Assembly (NCBI GenBank): GCA_031409655.1
Contig: JANNXQ010000288.1
Span: 1-12,932, forward strand
Origin: Chthoniobacteraceae bacterium
GTDB taxonomy: Bacteria; Verrucomicrobiota; Verrucomicrobiia; Chthoniobacterales; Chthoniobacteraceae
Reading direction: 5' to 3'
DNA length: 12,932 nucleotides
Each line of letters begins with the position of its first letter. The first letter of the stretch is position 1. Position numbers and translations under genes: made by a program. Under the pieces are notes generated by a model that did not search any database, was not told the DNA's origin, and saw nothing but the letters and a program-made list of their open reading frames with translations. Positions 7,931-12,932 of this stretch are shown here, piece after piece.

Positions 7931-8282
7931 GTATTTGGCGGCGGATCGTAAAGAATTTTGCGCCAGATCCCGAGCAGTCGGCAGGGCGTGGTAGGGAGGC
8001 CGGAAATTCCCTCGGCAATGGCATCTCCCTCATCGCTTTGCGTGGAACCCGAAAATGAGGAGCGGGAAGGTGGCCGCTCCGAGGCCTGCCGAAGCGCGAC
8101 CAGCGCACCCGATCGTGGGGCGTCCGGTGGGGAACGGTGCGGCACGGCGTTCACGGGCGGAAGCTATGGCGATTTGCGGGATCCTCGAACAGCGGAATTT
8201 GCGGCTGCTGCGCTCTCCGGCGGCGCCGCGGCCAGGCTCGACACGCGTCCGTCACACTTTTTTGCTTGAGGGCACGGCGCGG

Positions 8283-10916
8283 ATGGCGAGTTTCCACCTC
8301 CGCCCTCCCCCTGTGCTAGCACGCCGGCCCTTACCTCTACTGCCGAGTCTTTCCGGCCTCCTGTGCGGAGGCCGCCGGTGGCTATTGGCGGCGAGCCTGG
8401 CGGCTGGCTTGGGGGACGTGGGGGCGCAAGCGCCGGGGAGTTCGGCGTCTGCCCAGCGGGCCATTCAGGCGCGGCTGCCCGGTGCGGCCGGAGCCCAGGG
8501 GTCCGGGGTGGCGGCGGGCGATGCGGATGTGGCTGCCGCCGTAGGGAAGGCCATCATCGATTTCCTGAATGTGGAACTTTCCACCGATCTCACCCCGGCG
8601 GACATCGTCACGGAGGCCGTCCGGACCCGGGCCGGGAATGTGGCTGCCGTGGACACGATCCTCAGCGGAGTCACCGAGGCCGTCCTCACCGTGGAGCCCG
8701 ACCCCGGCGTGCGCGCGGTGCTGGATGAAGCGACCACCTCCGCGTGCCTCGCGGTGGCCCCGCAGGACGTGGCGGAACTCGTCCGCAGCCAGATCGCCCT
8801 GCTCAGCACCAGCGCCGTGGCGCAGACGCTCCTGCCGCGCGGCCAGCGCCCACCGGATGAACTCCTGCCCGTGGAAGCCTACGCCGAGCGCATCGTCGCC
8901 GGCGCGATCAAGGCCGTGCGCAAGGTCCCGACCTCCAAGCTGGCGCGGCACATCGAGGACATCGCGGCGAAGGCGCTGAGCGTCGCGCCACCTTATCTTT
9001 TCGAGGAAATCGCGGCCGCTTCCGCCCGCAGCAGCAGCAGCGGCACGGTCGTCCTCGCCCCGCTCACTGGCGGCTCCAGCAATCTCCTCAAAGCGCTCCT
9101 CAACGCCGTGCCGAACACTCCCGAAGACGTGGGTGCAATCGTGGCCGGCGTCATGCGCGGAAGGGGCGATGGCGTGGCGGCGGCCGTGCGGGTCGAACTC
9201 ACCAATACCCGGCCCGCCTTCACGGCCTACACCGATGCGGTCCTCGCGGGCTTCCACCAGGTCGCCACGGAGCATCAGGAATTTCACATCACCTTCCTGC
9301 AGGAGGGCGGAGCAAAATTCGACCGCGCCGGACTCGTCACCGGAGCGGGCGCGCTCTGGCCGAGCGAGATCCTGAAATTTGCCCAGGTCTCGATGGAAAC
9401 GCCGGGCTCGAATACCACGCTGGAGATCGCCCGGGCTGCCGGGCGGGCGGTGCCGCTCATGGCACCGGCAGCCGCGGCGCACTGCGTCGGCACGCGTGGC
9501 ACGAAGCCGGAGGAAATCGCGCAGGGTTTCGTGGAAGGCGCGCATCCGTCGGTCGTCGGCAGCGTCGTCGCGCGGCAGCTTTCCGCCATGGGCACCATCG
9601 CCGGTGCGGATGCGAAACGCGTCGTCGCCGGAGCTATCCTCGGAGCGCGCAATTCCGGGAAGGAACACATCCTCGCGCCGCTCGCTTTTGAGGCCGCCCG
9701 GGCGAGCCGCTTTGCGATCGATGTCGCCGACCAGGGCATCGCCTCCGCTCCGCCCGCGCTGAAATACGTGGTCGCGATCGGCGCGCTCGCCGCGGACTCC
9801 GGTTCGGCGCCGGAGATCATCCAGCACGTCGGAGCGGCCCTGGCCAATGATCCCGCGCAGCAGGCCGCCTTTTCCACCGGGGCCGCAGCCGTGGTGCAAG
9901 TGCAGGAGGATGTGCGGAACTTTCTCGCCGCGACGCTCGGCGGCCTCGCTGCGGCGCGCAGCGATGAAGCGCGGCTGGCGGTCATCACCGGCGTGTGCCT
10001 GGTGAATCCGCAGGGTGCCGCCGTGGTCGCGGCGGCGGGCATCGCGAAGAGTGACGAAAAACTTTGGAACCCCGTGACCGAAGTCGCGACCATCGCGGGG
10101 CCGGCGAAAGCCGCGAGCATCCGGCTCGCCTCCGACGCCGCCCGCAGCTTGCGCAAGTCGGCCGCGAATGGCTTTGCCGAAAGCGTCGCGCGCGCGCTTT
10201 TCCTGCACCCGAGCCACGCCGCGGACATCGCCGCTGCCGCCGTGGTCACCGCGCCAGAGAGCGCGCCCCAGATCGCCCAGGCGGCCGCGCTTCGCACCGG
10301 TGCGCGAGCTGCGCGGATGGTGCCTGCGCTCCTCGCTTTTTCTCAGCTCCAGCGCGCCGATGCCTCGAAGTCCGAGCAAGTCGCCGCCGCGGGTCGCATC
10401 ACCACTGCGGTCGTCACTGGCCTCCGGGAGGCGCAGCTCCGGGAGGGTGAAACGAACGCCATCACCGAGGCGATCGACGCGGCCGTGCAGTGGGCCTGTA
10501 CGGCCGACGCTGCGCGGGCCGTCGGGAAAGGGGTCGCGCCGCAGCCCCTCGCGCTGCTCGCCGCGCCGCCCGTCTCGCTCGCTGCCGGCGGCGCCATCGA
10601 GGGCGTGGTCCAGGCCGCAGTGTCCGCTTCCAAGAACCACGGCCTCGCCATCGCGCGCGTCACCGCGGAGACCCTCGCCACCTACTCGCGCGGCACTTTC
10701 ACCGATGCCGATGGGCGGCTGGCCGCCCTCGTGCGCGCGGCCGGTGCGCTGAATTTTTCCGGCCAGCCTGCGACCGAGTCCGACATCCGCAATGCGGTCG
10801 CTTTCGGCATCACCGCACACCAGGCCGCCACCGCTGGCGCCAGCGCGCTGGACATGGTGAACTACTCCCGCAAAGACGGCACGAACCGCCCCGTCACCGC
10901 CTTCCGCGACCAATGA
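8283..10916 (+). CDS. Large Ala-rich hypothetical protein, probably Sec-secreted, with alpha-helical repeats (~877 aa)
   Basis: Long ORF with GC-rich third codon positions. A signal-peptide-like segment RRWLLAASLAAGLGDVGA|QAP follows ATG 8283 (GTG 8313 is an alternative; the track's 8055 start adds an Arg/Pro-rich stretch that looks non-coding). Recurring P-x-x-A/V-x-x-I/V-A-x-A helical units. No catalytic motif recognised. Confidence 0.8.
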   Translation: MASFHLRPPPVLARRPLPLLPSLSGLLCGGRRWLLAASLAAGLGDVGAQAPGSSASAQRAIQARLPGAAGAQGSGVAAGDADVAAAVGKAIIDFLNVELSTDLTPADIVTEAVRTRAGNVAAVDTILSGVTEAVLTVEPDPGVRAVLDEATTSACLAVAPQDVAELVRSQIALLSTSAVAQTLLPRGQRPPDELLPVEAYAERIVAGAIKAVRKVPTSKLARHIEDIAAKALSVAPPYLFEEIAAASARSSSSGTVVLAPLTGGSSNLLKALLNAVPNTPEDVGAIVAGVMRGRGDGVAAAVRVELTNTRPAFTAYTDAVLAGFHQVATEHQEFHITFLQEGGAKFDRAGLVTGAGALWPSEILKFAQVSMETPGSNTTLEIARAAGRAVPLMAPAAAAHCVGTRGTKPEEIAQGFVEGAHPSVVGSVVARQLSAMGTIAGADAKRVVAGAILGARNSGKEHILAPLAFEAARASRFAIDVADQGIASAPPALKYVVAIGALAADSGSAPEIIQHVGAALANDPAQQAAFSTGAAAVVQVQEDVRNFLAATLGGLAAARSDEARLAVITGVCLVNPQGAAVVAAAGIAKSDEKLWNPVTEVATIAGPAKAASIRLASDAARSLRKSAANGFAESVARALFLHPSHAADIAAAAVVTAPESAPQIAQAAALRTGARAARMVPALLAFSQLQRADASKSEQVAAAGRITTAVVTGLREAQLREGETNAITEAIDAAVQWACTADAARAVGKGVAPQPLALLAAPPVSLAAGGAIEGVVQAAVSASKNHGLAIARVTAETLATYSRGTFTDADGRLAALVRAAGALNFSGQPATESDIRNAVAFGITAHQAATAGASALDMVNYSRKDGTNRPVTAFRDQ

Positions 10917-10942
10917 GCACCAGGCTGCGCTGACCCTTCCTC

Positions 10943-12910
10943 GTGCAAAATCTCGCGCTCATCATCATCGCGGTTGGCTTCGGCGTGCTCCAGGCGTTGA
11001 TCGGCGGTGCGCGGCTCGCCTATGCGCTCCCGGCCTACGCGCTCTTTGGCATCGCCGGCCTGCTCATGGTCCGTGCCGAACCCGTGCGCGAGGCGCGCCG
11101 GCCCTCCGCCTGGTGCCTCCTCTCGGCCATCGCCTTCGCGGGCTACCTCTGCGTCCGCAGCCGCCTGGCGCCGGTGGAATATCTCGCGCGTCCGGAATTC
11201 CTCCTCTCCCTCGCCGCCCTGCTCATCTATCTGCTCACCGCGGTCCATCTCACCAGCACGCGCGCCCGTTTCACCATCATCGCGGCGCTGCTCGGTTTTG
11301 CCTTCTTCCACATCGCTGTCGGCGCCGGGCAATTCCGGCAGGGCAACGACTACATGATGCTCCCGTGGATCGTGCGCCCCACCCAGTATTTTTCGCGCGC
11401 CAGCGGCTTTTACATTTCTCCGGATCACCTCGCGGGTCTCCTGGAAATGCTCGCCGTGCTCTCGCTGGCGATCTTTTGCTGGAGCAACTCGCGTTTCGGC
11501 ACCTACCTGCTCGCCATCTACGGCGTGGCCGTCTGCCTCGTCGGCATCGCCATCTCGGGGAGCAGGGACAGCTACCTCAGCGTCATCCTCGCCATCTCCG
11601 TCTTCGCCACGATCAGCATCTGGATCGTCCGGCGACTTTACCCCAGCAGGCTCGTGCTGATGATTGCCAGCGCGGTCGTGCTCATCGCGCTCCTCTCGAT
11701 CGCCTCGACGAGTTTCGTCTCCAGCGAAGAGCGGCTCAGCGCCCAACCGGCCGCAGAAGTGGAGAAAGTGGACTTCCGACCCACGCTTCGGAACCTGGCG
11801 TGGCAGGTCCACGAGTCGAACTCGGTTTTCGGCACTGGCACTGGGACCTTCCTCGAGCAGGCGCGCCTGCTCCGTCCGCCCGAGATGCAGGGCGAGCCAA
11901 CGCATGCGCACTCCGAGTATCTCGAATTGCTCGCCGAGCACGGCTACCTCGGCGTCGCGCTCGCCGCGTTCTTCCTCGGCACGCATCTCCTTGATGGCGT
12001 CGCGGGCCTCATCCGGCTCGTTGGCGAACGCTCCCGAGCGACCAAGGACAAGCGCGCCCGGGAACTCGCCCTCACGCTCGGCGCGCTCGGCGCCGTCACC
12101 GCACTGCTCATCCACGCGGCCAACGATTTTAGCCTCCGCCTTCCGGCCAATGCGCTCCTTGCCGCGTTCGTCTTTGGTCTCCTCGCGAGCCCGGGGCGCT
12201 CCCTCGCGAAAAAAGAGCAAGCCGGTCATGGCGAACTTTTGCCGGTCTGGATGCGCTTCCTCGCGCCCGCCGCCGGTGCCGCGCTCCTCGTGCTCAGCGT
12301 GCCGCTGGTGCGCGGCGAATTTTACAGCGAAAAAGCGCGGCTCGCGCTGCGTGATCAGCAGTACTTCCGCGCGAAGGACAGCGCCATCCTCGCGCTGCGT
12401 TCGGAGAAAAAAAACCCCGACCTCTTTTACGCCTTCGGCGAGGCCAGCCACTACCTCGGCCTCGAACAAGCCGACAGCGACACGCGTTTTCAGCAATACA
12501 CGGAAGCCGCCGAGGCCTTCGCCGCCGGACTCACACTTTACCCGAACGATCCCCGGCTCTTGCTGAAGCTGGGCCGCACCCTCGACAACCTCGGCCGCTT
12601 CGAAGAAGCCACGCCCTACTTTGAGCGCGCTCTAAAAGCGGACCCGAATCTCGGCAACGCCTACGCCTGCTTCGCGGTCCATTGGCAGATGCAGGGCCAG
12701 GCCGATCGCGCGCGGGAGCTTTATCGCAAAGCGCAGGAACTTGGCGAAACCGAGATCGTCACCGCCGGTCTCGCCGATCTTGAGAAGCTGCGCGACCAAC
12801 CCTTCCGCAGAGCGCAGCGCCGGGACATCCTCGCCGATTTCATCACCGAGCCCGAGATTGCGAAGGAAGAGGTCGAAGCTCCGCCCGCCAAGCCTGCCGC
12901 TGTTCCGTAG
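10943..12910 (+). CDS. O-antigen ligase-like (Wzy_C) membrane protein with C-terminal tetratricopeptide repeats
   Basis: About 12 hydrophobic segments. Wzy_C-type motifs RASGFYISPDHLAG, SGSRDS, FGTGTGTF, HAHSEYLELLAEHGYLG and IHAANDFSLRLPAN. TPR-like repeats from ~12317 (e.g. YPNDPRLLLKLGRTLDNLGRFEEATPYFERALKADPN). GTG start 26 nt after the upstream stop. Confidence 0.9.
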   Translation: MQNLALIIIAVGFGVLQALIGGARLAYALPAYALFGIAGLLMVRAEPVREARRPSAWCLLSAIAFAGYLCVRSRLAPVEYLARPEFLLSLAALLIYLLTAVHLTSTRARFTIIAALLGFAFFHIAVGAGQFRQGNDYMMLPWIVRPTQYFSRASGFYISPDHLAGLLEMLAVLSLAIFCWSNSRFGTYLLAIYGVAVCLVGIAISGSRDSYLSVILAISVFATISIWIVRRLYPSRLVLMIASAVVLIALLSIASTSFVSSEERLSAQPAAEVEKVDFRPTLRNLAWQVHESNSVFGTGTGTFLEQARLLRPPEMQGEPTHAHSEYLELLAEHGYLGVALAAFFLGTHLLDGVAGLIRLVGERSRATKDKRARELALTLGALGAVTALLIHAANDFSLRLPANALLAAFVFGLLASPGRSLAKKEQAGHGELLPVWMRFLAPAAGAALLVLSVPLVRGEFYSEKARLALRDQQYFRAKDSAILALRSEKKNPDLFYAFGEASHYLGLEQADSDTRFQQYTEAAEAFAAGLTLYPNDPRLLLKLGRTLDNLGRFEEATPYFERALKADPNLGNAYACFAVHWQMQGQADRARELYRKAQELGETEIVTAGLADLEKLRDQPFRRAQRRDILADFITEPEIAKEEVEAPPAKPAAVP

Positions 12911-12932
12911 TCACTTTCTGGGAGCGCCGCCG

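Noticed and set aside
7860..8282. Possible RNase P RNA (rnpB), which often lies upstream of mraZ
   Set aside because: The hallmark GAGGAAAGTCC and 3' CGGCTTA segments were not found on either strand.
8055..8282. N-terminal 76-aa extension of the 953-aa ORF, and small ORFs 7684-8154, 7926-8108 and 7958-8269
   Set aside because: Arg/Pro-rich, non-protein-like translations overlapping the promoter region; the signal-peptide-like segment only fits a later start.
8382..10913. 843-aa minus-strand ORF antisense to the Ala-rich gene
   Set aside because: Arg/Gly/Asp-rich shadow frame expected from GC-rich codon usage on the sense strand; no motifs.
10862..12496. 544-aa minus-strand ORF antisense to the Wzy_C gene
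   Set aside because: Glu/Gly/Arg-rich mirror of hydrophobic sense codons; the plus frame carries clear family motifs.
12911..12932. Possible 3' end of a convergent minus-strand gene (...GGAPRK-stop, TGA at 12913-12911)
   Set aside because: Only 22 nt are visible, too little to support a call.

Overview
GC-rich bacterial DNA; the gene set and style suggest Verrucomicrobiota (inference, not proven). Positions 1-7859 (minus strand) hold the 5' part of a canonical division/cell-wall (dcw) operon: mraZ-rsmH-ftsL-ftsI-murE-murF-mraY, plus the first 16 codons of murD, which the ORF track misses. After a ~420 bp divergent intergenic region, the plus strand carries two genes 26 bp apart: a ~877-aa Ala-rich, probably secreted helical-repeat protein of unknown function, and a Wzy_C (O-antigen ligase/O-oligosaccharyltransferase-like) membrane protein with C-terminal TPRs. 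Three features stand out. (1) A ~190 bp palindromic element built from 7-mer repeats sits between murF and mraY. It is flanked by ATGA on both sides and is spanned exactly by a 65-codon ORF whose start overlaps the murF stop and whose stop overlaps the mraY start, like an insertion that keeps translational coupling intact. (2) The secreted protein plus Wzy_C-TPR pair is a candidate dedicated protein-glycosylation module. (3) MraZ is divergent (DGQWR in its first motif) and has a degenerate 10-bp-periodic candidate operator.
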